DNA of 49,365 bases from Xanthobacteraceae bacterium (GTDB lineage: Bacteria; Pseudomonadota; Alphaproteobacteria; Rhizobiales; Xanthobacteraceae). Position 1 is the first letter of the stretch. The number at the start of each line of letters is the position of its first letter. Below the pieces are notes generated by a model. That model saw nothing but the letters and a program-made list of their open reading frames with translations, was not told the origin of the DNA and ran no database searches. The DNA lies in assembly GCA_036270895.1 (NCBI GenBank), contig DATBBS010000609.1, positions 1 through 49,365 of the forward strand. The letters run 5' to 3'. Positions 18,489 through 27,929 of the stretch are shown here, piece after piece. The position numbers and the translations under genes are program-made.

Positions 18489-19442
18489 ATGCTGCTCTAC
18501 ACCCTCAAGCGCCTTCTCTACGTGACGCCGGTCGCGATCGGCGTCAGCGTCGTGTGCTTCCTGCTCGTCCACATCACGCCGGGCGATCCGCTTTCCGCGA
18601 TCCTGCCGTCGGACGCGCCGCTCGAGCTGCAGATGCAGCTGCGGGCGGTGTACGGCTTCGATAAGCCGCTGCCGGTGCAATACGGCCTGTGGTTCTGGAA
18701 GGTGCTGCACGGCGATCTCGGCACCTCCATCGCGACCGGCCGGCCGGTCGCGGCGGAGGTCGCGCGCGCGGTCGGCAACACGCTGATCCTCGCCACGGTG
18801 GCGACGCTGATCGGCTTCACGCTCGGCACCTTCTTCGGGTTCGTCGCCGGCTATTTCCGCGATTCCTGGCTCGACAAGCTCGCCTCGGCGGTGTCCGTGC
18901 TCGGCGTCAGCGTGCCGCATTATTGGCTCGGCATGGTATTGGTCATCATCTTCTCGGCCCAGCTCGGCTGGCTTCCGCCGACGGGGGCGGGGCCGGGCGG
19001 ATCGAGCAACTGGCGGCCCGATCCCGAGCATCTGAGCTACATCATCCTGCCCGCTCTCACCATGTCGGTCATTCCCATGGGCGTGATCGCGCGCACCGTG
19101 CGGGCGCTGGTCGCCGACATCCTCAATCAGGAATTCGTGCAGGCGCTGCGCGCCAAGGGCCTCGGCGAATACGGGGTTTTCCGCCACGTCGTCACCAATG
19201 CGGCACCGACCGCGCTCGCCGTCATGGGGCTGCAGCTCGGCTATCTGCTCGGTGGCTCGATCCTGATCGAGACCGTGTTTTCCTGGCCGGGCACCGGCTT
19301 CCTGCTCAACGCCGCCATCTTCCAGCGCGACCTGCCGCTGCTGCAGGGCACCATCCTGGTGCTGGCGATGTTCTTCGTCGCGCTCAACCTTGCGGTCGAC
19401 GTCATCCAGACCGCGCTCGACCCGCGCATCGAGCGGGCCTGA
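18489..19442 (+). CDS. ABC transporter permease (DppB/OppB-like)
   Basis: Based on ORF 18426..19442, with the start at ATG 18489 (MLLYTLKRLLYVTPVAIGVSVVCFLLVHITPGDP). The EAA-loop region is present. Confidence 0.9.
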   Translation: MLLYTLKRLLYVTPVAIGVSVVCFLLVHITPGDPLSAILPSDAPLELQMQLRAVYGFDKPLPVQYGLWFWKVLHGDLGTSIATGRPVAAEVARAVGNTLILATVATLIGFTLGTFFGFVAGYFRDSWLDKLASAVSVLGVSVPHYWLGMVLVIIFSAQLGWLPPTGAGPGGSSNWRPDPEHLSYIILPALTMSVIPMGVIARTVRALVADILNQEFVQALRAKGLGEYGVFRHVVTNAAPTALAVMGLQLGYLLGGSILIETVFSWPGTGFLLNAAIFQRDLPLLQGTILVLAMFFVALNLAVDVIQTALDPRIERA

Positions 19443-19445
19443 GCC

Positions 19446-20342
19446 ATGGTGGTGCTCTCCGACATCCGCATAGACGCCCCCGCCACGGTGCCGCTGCGCG
19501 CCGGCCGCGGCTATTGGGCGAGCGTGCTGCAGCGGCTCCTGCGCGATCCGGTTGCGGTGGCCGGCGGCTGCATCATCCTCGCCATCGTGCTCGCCGCGAT
19601 CTTCGCGCCCTGGATCGCGCCGGGCGACCCCTACAAGGGCGCGATGTTGCGCCGGCTCAAGCCGATCGGCGATGCGCTCTATTGGCTCGGTTCCGACGAG
19701 CTCGGCCGCGACATGCTCACCCGCCTGATTTATGGCGGGCGGCTGTCGCTGTTCATGGGCGTGCTGCCGGTCGCCTGCGCCTTCGCGATCGGCTCGACGC
19801 TCGGCATCTTTGCCGGCTATGTGGGCGGCTGGGTCAACATGACGGTCATGCGCGTGATCGACGTGTTCTATGCCTTTCCATCTGTGCTGCTCGCGATCGC
19901 ACTGTCGGGCGCGCTCGGCGCCGGCATAACCAATGCGGTGGTGTCGCTCACCATCGTGTTCGTCCCGCCGATCACGCGCGTGGCCGAAAGCGTCACCACT
20001 CAGATCCGCACGCGCGATTACGTCGAGGCGGCGCGGGTGAGCGGCGCCGGCGCCTTCACGATCATCCGAATCCACGTGCTCGGCAACGTGCTGGGGCCGA
20101 TCTTCGTCTATGCCACCAGCCTGATCAGCGTCTCAATGATCCTCGCCTCCGGCCTCTCGTTTCTCGGCCTCGGCTCGAAGCCGCCGGAGCCCGAATGGGG
20201 CCTCATGCTCAACACGCTGCGCACCGCAATCTACGTCCAGCCCGCGGTCGCGGCGCTGCCCGGCGTGATGATCTTCATCACCTCGATCTCGTTCAACCTG
20301 CTGTCGGACGGGCTGCGTTCCGCCATGGAGGTGCGCTCGTGA
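19446..20342 (+). CDS. ABC transporter permease (DppC/OppC-like)
   Basis: 298 aa. The N-terminal region [33 protein letters not shown] is typical of DppC-type permeases. It starts 4 nt after the preceding stop. Confidence 0.9.
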   Translation: MVVLSDIRIDAPATVPLRAGRGYWASVLQRLLRDPVAVAGGCIILAIVLAAIFAPWIAPGDPYKGAMLRRLKPIGDALYWLGSDELGRDMLTRLIYGGRLSLFMGVLPVACAFAIGSTLGIFAGYVGGWVNMTVMRVIDVFYAFPSVLLAIALSGALGAGITNAVVSLTIVFVPPITRVAESVTTQIRTRDYVEAARVSGAGAFTIIRIHVLGNVLGPIFVYATSLISVSMILASGLSFLGLGSKPPEPEWGLMLNTLRTAIYVQPAVAALPGVMIFITSISFNLLSDGLRSAMEVRS

Positions 20343-21394
20343 GCGCCGTCCTCGAGGCCTCGGGCGCCGAGCGCGATCGCGGCGGACCGGCCCAGCCGCT
20401 GCTCTCGGTCAAGGGGCTGGTGAAGCATTTCGGCGGCCGGCGCGACTGGTCCGGAAAGCTGCACGGCATGGTGCGCGCCGTCGACGGCGTCGACCTCGAC
20501 GTCTTCAAGGGCGAGACGCTCGGCATCGTTGGGGAATCAGGCTGCGGCAAGTCGACGATCGCGCGGCTCGTGATGCAGATCATCCGGCCGGACGCCGGCG
20601 CGATCCTGTTCGACGGCGAAACGGTCGGTTCTGCCGCGCTCAAGCTGCAGGACTACCGGCGCGAGGCGCAGATGGTCTTTCAGGACAGTTACGCCTCGCT
20701 CAACCCGCGCCTCACGGTCGAGGACACCATCGCATTCGGTCCCCGCGTGCATGGCGCGGGCCGTCGGGCCGCGGTCGCGCGCGCCCATGACCTGCTGCAG
20801 CGCGTGGGCCTCGGACCCGAACGCTTCGCCGGGCGCTATCCGCACGAGCTCTCCGGCGGCCAGCGCCAGCGCGTCAACATCGCGCGCGCGCTCGCGTTGC
20901 AGCCGCGGCTTCTGATCCTCGACGAGGCCGTATCGGCGCTCGACAAGTCGGTCGAAGCCCAGGTGCTCAACCTGCTGCTCGACCTCAAGGCCGAATTCGG
21001 CCTCACCTACATGTTCATCTCGCACGATCTCAACGTGGTGCGATTCATGTCGGATCGCGTGATGGTGATGTATCTCGGCAAGGTCGCCGAGGTCGGGCCG
21101 TCGGACGTGATCCTGAAGGCGCCGCGCCATCCCTACACCGCGGCGCTGCTCGCCTCGATGCCGTCCATGGACCCGGACAACCGCACCCGGGAGGCGCCGC
21201 TGTTCGGCGACCCGCCCAACCCGATCGATCCGCCGCCCGGCTGCCGCTTCCACACCCGCTGCAAGTTCGCGGCGCCGATCTGCTCGGCGCGCGAGCCGGG
21301 CCTCGGCGCCGATTTCGGCGCCGACATGGCGCATCGCGTCGCCTGCCACATGACGGATCCGTCGTCCGGCCATCCCGCCGCGGTCGCGGCGTAA
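20339..21394 (+). CDS. ABC transporter ATP-binding protein (DppF/OppF-like)
   Basis: This is the last 351 codons of the artefactual 901-aa ORF 18689..21394. The GTG start at 20339 overlaps the permease stop (GTGA). It has Walker [10 protein letters not shown], signature LSGGQRQR, Walker B LLILDE and a C-terminal oligopeptide-type Cys motif. Confidence 0.9.
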   Translation: MSAVLEASGAERDRGGPAQPLLSVKGLVKHFGGRRDWSGKLHGMVRAVDGVDLDVFKGETLGIVGESGCGKSTIARLVMQIIRPDAGAILFDGETVGSAALKLQDYRREAQMVFQDSYASLNPRLTVEDTIAFGPRVHGAGRRAAVARAHDLLQRVGLGPERFAGRYPHELSGGQRQRVNIARALALQPRLLILDEAVSALDKSVEAQVLNLLLDLKAEFGLTYMFISHDLNVVRFMSDRVMVMYLGKVAEVGPSDVILKAPRHPYTAALLASMPSMDPDNRTREAPLFGDPPNPIDPPPGCRFHTRCKFAAPICSAREPGLGADFGADMAHRVACHMTDPSSGHPAAVAA

Positions 21395-21404
21395 CGGAGC
21401 GCGC

Positions 21405-22397
21405 ATGAGCGAAGCGATCGTCGACGTGCAGGGACTGACCGTGGAGTTTCCCGGCCGGCCGCCGGTGCGCGCGGTCGGCGGCGTCGATCTGACGCTCAAG
21501 CCGGGCGAGGTGCTGGCGCTGCTCGGCGAGTCGGGCTCCGGCAAGAGCGTGACGTTGCGCGCCCTGATGCGCCTGCTGCCGAAACGCGCCGCCATCGGCG
21601 GAACGGTGCGCGTTGACGGACGCGACGTGCGGGCGATGCGCGCGCCCGAGCTTTCGAGCTATCGCGGGTCGATCATCGCGATGATCTTCCAGGAGCCCGG
21701 CCTCGCCTTCGATCCGGTCTATTCGGTGGGCGACCAGATCGCGGAGGCGGTGGTGCGCCATGCGGGCGTGTCCCGGGCGGAGGGCAGGGCCCGTGCGCTC
21801 GAATTGTTCGAGCGGGTGCGCATTCCCTCCGCGGCGCGGCGGCTCGACAACTATCCGCACGAGATGTCGGGCGGAATGCGCCAGCGCGCCATGATTGCGC
21901 TCGCGCTATCGTGCCGCCCGAAAGTGCTGCTCGCCGACGAGCCCACGACCGCGCTCGATGCGACCGTGCAGATCCAGATCCTGCTGCTGCTGCGCGAGCT
22001 GCAGCGCGAGCTCGGCCTCGCCGTCATCTTCGTGACGCACGACATCGGGGTGGCGACCGAGATCGCCGACCGCATCGCCGTGATGTATGCGGGCCGCATC
22101 GTCGAGACCGGCTCCTGTGGCGCGGTGATACGCGCAAGCGCGCATCCCTATACGCAGGGTCTGCTGTCGTCGCGGGCCGGCCAGGCCTTCGAACGCGGCG
22201 GTCGCCTGACGGCGATCCCCGGTGCGCCACCGGACCTTTCGCGGCTCATGGCCGGCTGCGCGTTTGCGCCGCGCTGCGCCAAGGTCCACGATGCGTGCCG
22301 CAACGGATTGCCGGCGGAAATCCCGGTCGGCCCGGGGCATGTGGCGCGCTGCGTCCTGCTCGCAAAGGCGCCGCTCGCGACCATGCCGGGCGTGTGA
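21405..22397 (+). CDS. ABC transporter ATP-binding protein (DppD/OppD-like)
   Basis: 330 aa with Walker A GESGSGKS, signature MSGGMRQR and Walker B LLADEPTTALD. GGAG lies upstream. Confidence 0.9.
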   Translation: MSEAIVDVQGLTVEFPGRPPVRAVGGVDLTLKPGEVLALLGESGSGKSVTLRALMRLLPKRAAIGGTVRVDGRDVRAMRAPELSSYRGSIIAMIFQEPGLAFDPVYSVGDQIAEAVVRHAGVSRAEGRARALELFERVRIPSAARRLDNYPHEMSGGMRQRAMIALALSCRPKVLLADEPTTALDATVQIQILLLLRELQRELGLAVIFVTHDIGVATEIADRIAVMYAGRIVETGSCGAVIRASAHPYTQGLLSSRAGQAFERGGRLTAIPGAPPDLSRLMAGCAFAPRCAKVHDACRNGLPAEIPVGPGHVARCVLLAKAPLATMPGV

Positions 22398-22418
22398 GCC
22401 TGCCTGAACGGCCCCTAT

Positions 22419-23543
22419 ATGGAAGGGAGCCGGAACAAATCGGTCCGACGCATGAGTGACCCGCTGACCCGCGTGACGACCCGCATCGCCTATATGGCGA
22501 CCCAGTTGCCTCGCCTCGCCTGGTATGCGGGTCACGGTTACGTCATGCGCCAGCTCGCGGCGCAAGCGCGGCGCCAAAGCGGCGTGCCGCAGCGGGACGG
22601 CGCGACTACGCCGGCGCGATCGGCGAACGCGCCCGTGCCGAACCAACGGCGCATCTACGCCGATTTGGGAGACCTGCTGGCGCAAGACCTCGCCAATATC
22701 GAAGCCGGCCTCTATCCGCTTCCCGCTGATCATGACGGCGGCTTGATGACGCGCCTTCGCCGCTCGCGGCTGTTCTTCGAGGACCTGCCGGCGGTTCATC
22801 GCCGGCGCCAACGCAACGCCTATCGCGAGGTGTTGACCGAGGCGATGGCGGGCAAGCGGCCGAAATATTACCTGCAGAACTTCCATTACCAATCCGGCGG
22901 CTGGCTGACCGCGGATTCGGCCGACCGCTACGACACGCAGGTCGAGGTGCTGTTCAAGGGCAGCGCCAATGCGATGCGGCGCCAGGCGCTGCCGCCGCTC
23001 CATGAGATCTTCGCCGGGCGCGATCAGCGCAGATTGCGGTTGCTCGACATCGCCTGTGGGACGGGCCGGTTCCTCGATTTCGTCAAACAGACGTGGCCGC
23101 GGCTTTCTGTGGTCGGGCTCGATCTATCGGAGGCCTACTGCCGGCATGCGCGCCATCACCTGAACCGCTGGTCGCGCGTCGATCTCGTCGTCGGCAACGC
23201 GGAAGCGCTTCCCGCGCCGGACAACAGCTTTGACGCGGCGACATGCATCTTCACGTTCCACGAGCTGCCGCCGCAGGCGCGCCGCAACGCGATCCGGGAA
23301 TGCGCCCGCGTTCTCAAACCGGGCGGACGTCTGGTGCTGCTCGATTCGTTGCAACGCGGCGACGAGCCGGACTACGACGGGACGCTCGACCGGTTTCCGC
23401 AGAATTATCACGAGCCCTATTACCGCAGCTATATCGGCGAGGATTTTGCCGCGATCGCGCGGCGGTTCGGACTGTTGCACAAACGCGACGTCAAGGCGTT
23501 CGTCTCCAAGGTGATGGTGTTCGACAAGCCGCATAGGTCCTGA
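22419..23543 (+). CDS. class I SAM-dependent methyltransferase
   Basis: It has the SAM motif LLDIACGTGRF and the post-I/II blocks NSFDAATCIFTFHELP and VLKPGGRLVLLD. The start is uncertain (ATG 22419 or 22452). Its 3' end recurs in decayed form at 27629-27850. Confidence 0.8.
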   Translation: MEGSRNKSVRRMSDPLTRVTTRIAYMATQLPRLAWYAGHGYVMRQLAAQARRQSGVPQRDGATTPARSANAPVPNQRRIYADLGDLLAQDLANIEAGLYPLPADHDGGLMTRLRRSRLFFEDLPAVHRRRQRNAYREVLTEAMAGKRPKYYLQNFHYQSGGWLTADSADRYDTQVEVLFKGSANAMRRQALPPLHEIFAGRDQRRLRLLDIACGTGRFLDFVKQTWPRLSVVGLDLSEAYCRHARHHLNRWSRVDLVVGNAEALPAPDNSFDAATCIFTFHELPPQARRNAIRECARVLKPGGRLVLLDSLQRGDEPDYDGTLDRFPQNYHEPYYRSYIGEDFAAIARRFGLLHKRDVKAFVSKVMVFDKPHRS

Positions 23544-23689
23544 CGGGGCGATCAAGCCCGCGATTCAGCATCCGCTGCGACACCCGCTTTGCGGCAAGAT
23601 CCGTTAAATCGGGGCAAGTCCGGCGAAATCGTTTCCACCGGGACGGTCCAAATAAAATTCCGCTCTCAAAGTGCAGCGAGGTGCACCCA

Positions 23690-25489
23690 ATGGGACGCGG
23701 CTTGATCAAACGTGCTCCGCTCGCGCCGTGTGCGCGCGTGACCTTCTCCCTCATCGGGCTGCTGTCGGCCACGGCGCTGTCGCCGGCGCAAGCCCAGTCC
23801 GATCCGGCGGCGCAGCCCGGCGCCTGTCCCGGCCCCAATGCCGGCATCACGCTGCCGGCGGGATTTTGCGCGACGGTGTTCGCCGACAATATCGGCCATG
23901 CGCGTCATCTCGCTGTTGCGCCCAACGGCGTCGTCTATGTCAACACCTGGAGCGGAAGCTACTACCGAAACGATACGCCTCCGGCCGGGGGCTTTCTGGT
24001 GGCGCTGCAGGACACCCATGGCGACGGGCACGCTGACCGCGTCACCCGCTTCGGCCAGACCCGCGAGCAGGGCGGCACCGGCGGCACCGGTATCGCGCTC
24101 CACAACGGGGCGCTTTATGCCGAGGCGGGCGACCGGATCCTGCGCTACGCCTTGGGGCAGGGCGCAACCGTTCCCGACCAGACCCCCGACGTGATCGTTT
24201 CGGGATTGCCGCTTACGGGCGATCATCCCATGCATCCCTTTGCGATCGACGCGCAGGGCGCCCTCTATGTCGACGTCGGCTCCGCCACCAACTCGTGCCA
24301 GGTCGCGAACCGCATGCCCGCCTCGCCGGGGCATCAGCCCTGCACCGAGCTCGAGATGCGCGCCGGCATCTGGCGCTACGACGCCAACCGCACCGGCCAG
24401 CGCTTCTCCCCGGCGGAGCGCTTCGCAACCGGGTTGCGCAACGGCGAGGGCATCGGCTTCGATTCGGCCGGCAGGATCATTGCGACCCAGCACGGGCGCG
24501 ATCAGCTGCGCGAGAACTTTCCCCGGCTCTATACGCCGCAGCAGGGTGCCGATGAGCCGGCGGAGGAATTGGTGCAGCTCGAGCGCGGCGGCGATTATGG
24601 CTGGCCCACTTGCTATTTCGACCTGAGGCGCAACAAGCTCGTCCTCGCCCCCGAATACGGCGGCGATGGCGGCAACGCGGTCGGCCCCTGCGCGCAGAAA
24701 CGCGCGCCGATCGCGGTCTTCCCGGGTCATTGGGCGCCGAATGGCCTTGCGATCTACAACGGGGCGCAGTTTCCCGCCGCCTACCAGGGCGGCGCCTTCA
24801 TCGCCTTCCATGGCTCCTGGAATCGGGCGCCGTTTCCTCAGGGCGGCTACAACGTGGTGTTCCAGCCGCTCAGCGAGGGCAGGGCCAGCGGTCCTTACGT
24901 CGTTTTCGCCGACGGCTTTGCGGGCGCCGTCAAGGAACCCGGTCGCGCCGCGCATCGCCCGTCCGGTGTCGCCGCCGGCCCCGATGGAGCGCTTTATATC
25001 TCGGATGACCAGCGCGGGCGGATTTGGCGTGTGACCTATCACGGGCCTGCCACGGTCGCCGTCGCGGCGGCGCCGTCGCCGTCCTCGCGCGCCGACAATT
25101 CCTCGCCCGGCGACGCCGTTCCGCCCGAGGGCATCCATCCGGATGCCGGCGCGCAAGCCGCCGCCCTGACGGTGCCGCCCGGGGCGACGCGCGACGAGGT
25201 CGCGCTCGGCGGCCGCATCTTCCACGGTGACGTCGCGAGTGCGCCATGTGCGGGCTGTCATGGAACGGATGCCACCGGCAGCCCGCTCGGCCCGGACCTT
25301 ACCAGCGGTACGTGGCTGTGGGGCGACGGCAGCCTCGCCGCGATCGAGAAGACCATCGCCGACGGCGTGCCGCACCCGAAGAAATACGGCTCGCCGATGC
25401 CGCCGATGGGCGGCGCAGCGTTGTCTTCCTCGCAACTGACGGCGGTCGCCGCCTATGTGTGGGCCCTGGGCCACGGGAGCGGCAAGTAG
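23690..25489 (+). CDS. PQQ-dependent sugar (sorbosone/glucose) dehydrogenase-like beta-propeller fused to a C-terminal c-type cytochrome
   Basis: Based on ORF 23681..25489, with ATG 23690 preceded by GAGGTG. It has a signal peptide, propeller blocks (HPMHPFAID, GLRNGEGIGFD, ATQHGRD, GGDYGWP, PSGVAAGPDGALYISDD) and a haem motif CAGCH with a downstream MPPMG. Confidence 0.75.
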   Translation: MGRGLIKRAPLAPCARVTFSLIGLLSATALSPAQAQSDPAAQPGACPGPNAGITLPAGFCATVFADNIGHARHLAVAPNGVVYVNTWSGSYYRNDTPPAGGFLVALQDTHGDGHADRVTRFGQTREQGGTGGTGIALHNGALYAEAGDRILRYALGQGATVPDQTPDVIVSGLPLTGDHPMHPFAIDAQGALYVDVGSATNSCQVANRMPASPGHQPCTELEMRAGIWRYDANRTGQRFSPAERFATGLRNGEGIGFDSAGRIIATQHGRDQLRENFPRLYTPQQGADEPAEELVQLERGGDYGWPTCYFDLRRNKLVLAPEYGGDGGNAVGPCAQKRAPIAVFPGHWAPNGLAIYNGAQFPAAYQGGAFIAFHGSWNRAPFPQGGYNVVFQPLSEGRASGPYVVFADGFAGAVKEPGRAAHRPSGVAAGPDGALYISDDQRGRIWRVTYHGPATVAVAAAPSPSSRADNSSPGDAVPPEGIHPDAGAQAAALTVPPGATRDEVALGGRIFHGDVASAPCAGCHGTDATGSPLGPDLTSGTWLWGDGSLAAIEKTIADGVPHPKKYGSPMPPMGGAALSSSQLTAVAAYVWALGHGSGK

Positions 25490-25644
25490 GGCCGCGAGAT
25501 CGGCTGGCCGGCCGGCGGGTGGAGCAGGGTTGGCGGGGGAATTGACGCAAGATCGAGACAATCGCGGCAAGCGAGCCCAAACCCTCGCGAAACGCATGGC
25601 TACATCAAGCCTGTCGAATTCTACCAAACCGAAAGGAACAGGCC

Positions 25645-25881
25645 ATGCGTTACATTTCGAAAGCTACCTATGCGATCGCCGTCATCGCGGCGGTTGCGGT
25701 GACCGCTTCGGCGGCCGATGCGCGCTCCTACCGTGCGTATGACGGTGCCTATAATTCTGTTGGCGGCGGTTTCGAGCGCTCCAACCGCAGCAGCATTCCC
25801 TACGACGCGGGCGGCGTTGCCTACAGCCGCGGTCAGCGGGGCCAGGACGACTCGAGCGACTTCCAGCTGCAGGGCCGGTAA
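25645..25881 (+). CDS. small secreted protein of unknown function (78 aa)
   Basis: AAAGGAA lies 7 nt upstream. The signal peptide is MRYISKATYAIAVIAAVAVTASAADA. The mature part is rich in Gly, Ser, Arg and Tyr and ends in DFQLQGR. A strong terminator follows. Confidence 0.55.
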   Translation: MRYISKATYAIAVIAAVAVTASAADARSYRAYDGAYNSVGGGFERSNRSSIPYDAGGVAYSRGQRGQDDSSDFQLQGR

Positions 25882-25962
25882 TCGGCGGCGCCGTTGCGCC
25901 TCCTGACTCGTAAAGTCCCCCAGGGTGGGATCCAGCGCTTCGTCCCCGGCGCCCCGCCCGAA

Positions 25963-25990
25963 CCCCGGCCTGCTCGGCCGGGGTTTTTTT
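25963..25990 (+). terminator. Rho-independent terminator
   Basis: The stem ccccggcc and ggccgggg forms a perfect 8 bp with loop tgctc, followed by a T7 run. Confidence 0.75.
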
Positions 25991-26186
25991 GCGTCGCGCC
26001 TGGCGCATGTCCCGATCCCGCGCGCCAGTGTGCCGCAAGATCGGATCGATCGCCGCAATCCAGGAGAAGCGAATTCGCCGGCGCATCGACATGTTCGGGT
26101 GAGCACAGGAGTGTCGCATGTCGCCGACGGATGTTCTCGGGCGGCGAGTCGGATCGTCGGGCGGTGCGCCGTGAAAGGAGATCGTC

Positions 26187-26456
26187 ATGTTGCGTAGGAC
26201 CATGGTCGTTCTCGTGGTTGCGCTTGGTCTGGGAAGCTTTGGGCTTTCCGCCAGCGCGTTTGCCCGCGCCAGCGGCCTCGAAGAAAGTGGTTTCGGCGGC
26301 GATCACGCGGCCAGCGGCTTCGACGGGCGTCGCGATGGCGGCAGCTACCGCGCTGAAAGTGGCGGCGTCAGCGGCTTGCGTCGCGGAACCCACGGGCGCC
26401 CCGACGTGTGGGGCCACTGGGGCGCCTATGACGGGCCCATGATCCCTCCGATTTGA
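26187..26456 (+). CDS. small secreted Gly-rich protein of unknown function (89 aa)
   Basis: AAAGGAGA lies 6 nt upstream. The signal peptide is MLRRTMVVLVVALGLGSFGLSASAFA. The mature part is rich in Gly, Asp and Arg and ends in DVWGHWGAYDGPMIPPI. Confidence 0.55.
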   Translation: MLRRTMVVLVVALGLGSFGLSASAFARASGLEESGFGGDHAASGFDGRRDGGSYRAESGGVSGLRRGTHGRPDVWGHWGAYDGPMIPPI

Positions 26457-26508
26457 ACCGCCTTTGCCCGATCACGCGTGCATTGAACGCAGACCCACAG
26501 GAGCCGCC

Positions 26509-27627
26509 ATGAACCTCTCGAGACGCGGCATTCTGATCGCGGGCGGGAGCGCCTTGCTCGCGGCCGAAGCCGTCACGCGGGCGTCAGCCCAGCAGCGCCC
26601 TGACGGCATGGACGCCATGCCGGGGCCCGAGGAGATGCAGGTGGCGCAACGGGGCGGCCTCTACGCCAACCTGCACGACCCGAACATCACCGAGTTGCCG
26701 CCGGACGCGTTCGCGCAACGCTTCACCTTCTCTCCGGCTCCGAAAGCCGATCCGTCCGGCGCCTGGTCCGAAGCGGCGCCCTTGGCGGTGCCGCGCAGCG
26801 AGATGGCATGGGCGACGGCCGAGAACGATCGCATGCACGTCATCGGCGGCTATGCGGCGCAGCAGGTGGCGCGCCGCTACCACGACGTCTTCGATGCGCG
26901 CACGGGAGAGTGGCAACAGGCGGCGCCGATTCCGCGCGGCGCCAACCACATCGGCGTCGCGGCCGATGCCGGGGTCATCTATGCGTTCGGAGGCTTTGTC
27001 GAGCAGAACCGCATCGCGGTCCCGGATTGCTACGCCTATGTGGTCGCCGACGACCGCTGGCACGCCATCCGGCCGCTCTCGCGCGGTTCGCGCGGCGCGA
27101 TCTCGGTGGTCGCCTTCAACGGGCGGATCCACGCCATCGGCGGACGCGACGTGCGCTCGGTCGACTGGCACGAGGCGTATCACCCGGATGCCGATACCTG
27201 GGAAACCCTTGCGCCGGTTCCCGGGCCTCGCGATCACACGGCGGCGGTCGTGGTCGCGGGATCGATCTCGGTCGTCGGCGGCCGGATGGACACCTTCGAT
27301 TTCAACACCGGCATGCATGTCGTCTACGACGTCGGCGCGGACCGCTGGGAGGAGCGCGCCCCGATGCCGACGCCGCGCTCGGGCCATGGCGGCGTTCTTT
27401 ACCGCGGCAAATTGTTCTGCATGGGCGGCGAGGGCACGCGCCGCGTGTTCGGCCAGACCGAAGCCTATGACCCGCAGGCGGACAGCTGGCAGGCTTACGC
27501 CGCCATGAGGACGCCGCGCCACGGCATGGGCGCCGCCGTGGTGGGTGATGCCATTCACGTCGCCGGGGGCGGCCCCATGAACGGCGGCGCCTTCCAGACC
27601 TCCGTGCACGAGGTGTTCAGGGTCTGA
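26509..27627 (+). CDS. Kelch-repeat beta-propeller protein with twin-arginine (Tat) signal
   Basis: Based on ORF 26464..27627, with ATG 26509 preceded by AGGAG. The Tat-like N-terminus is MNLSRRGILIAGGSALLAA. Repeated units of the form h..GG...........yd...d.W are present (VIGGY, AFGGF, AIGGR, VVGGR, CMGGE, VAGGG). Confidence 0.75.
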   Translation: MNLSRRGILIAGGSALLAAEAVTRASAQQRPDGMDAMPGPEEMQVAQRGGLYANLHDPNITELPPDAFAQRFTFSPAPKADPSGAWSEAAPLAVPRSEMAWATAENDRMHVIGGYAAQQVARRYHDVFDARTGEWQQAAPIPRGANHIGVAADAGVIYAFGGFVEQNRIAVPDCYAYVVADDRWHAIRPLSRGSRGAISVVAFNGRIHAIGGRDVRSVDWHEAYHPDADTWETLAPVPGPRDHTAAVVVAGSISVVGGRMDTFDFNTGMHVVYDVGADRWEERAPMPTPRSGHGGVLYRGKLFCMGGEGTRRVFGQTEAYDPQADSWQAYAAMRTPRHGMGAAVVGDAIHVAGGGPMNGGAFQTSVHEVFRV

Positions 27628-27628
27628 C

Positions 27629-27850
27629 CTTCATCCGGTTCCGCTGCGCCGCACGCACGCCGCAACGCCGTCGGGAATGCGCCCGCATTCTCAAACCGGG
27701 CGAATGATAAACCGGGGGAATGATTACGAGTCCTATGACGGTAGCTATATCGGGGAGGGCTTTTGTGCGCGCCGCGACTCCGACCGATGCGCGAATGCGA
27801 GGTCAGGCGTTCGATGCACGGAATGCCTCGCTGCCGCGAGGTCACAAATC
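27629..27850 (+). pseudogene. decayed ghost copy of the 3' end of the methyltransferase gene at 22419..23543
   Basis: cgggaatgcgcccgcattctcaaaccgggcg (27672-27702) matches 23295-23325 at 30 of 31 nt. The downstream NDYESYDGSYIGEGF corresponds to NYHEPYYRSYIGEDF in the live gene. Relative to the live copy it has a 1-nt deletion, in-frame TGA TAA and an internal deletion of about 70 nt. The end coordinates are approximate. Confidence 0.75.
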
Positions 27851-27929
27851 AGCCAATGTTTGACGGCTCGATAGCAGGCGATGTGGCCGCGCGCTGTGTG
27901 GTGGCGGCAATCGGTTGCAGGGACATCCT

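Noticed and set aside
18689-21394. A 901-aa ORF spanning both permease genes and the first ATPase gene
   Set aside because: Only its last 351 codons (from GTG 20339) look like a real protein, with Walker A/B and signature motifs. The upstream 550 codons are an out-of-frame read-through of the permease genes, rich in Arg, Ala, Gly and His, as expected for open alternative frames in GC-rich DNA.
23666-25627. Long antisense or alternative-frame ORFs. Examples are 23666..25627(-), 10522..12033(-), 18309..20075(-), 34132..36177(+), 43800..45080(+), 44947..46602(+), 7827..9461(+), 16790..18454(-) and 21906..23003(-).
   Set aside because: Each overlaps a well-supported gene in another frame or on the other strand. 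The translations are low-complexity, rich in Arg, Gly, Ala, Asp and His, and carry no recognisable motifs. This is typical of stop-codon-poor frames in high-GC genomes.
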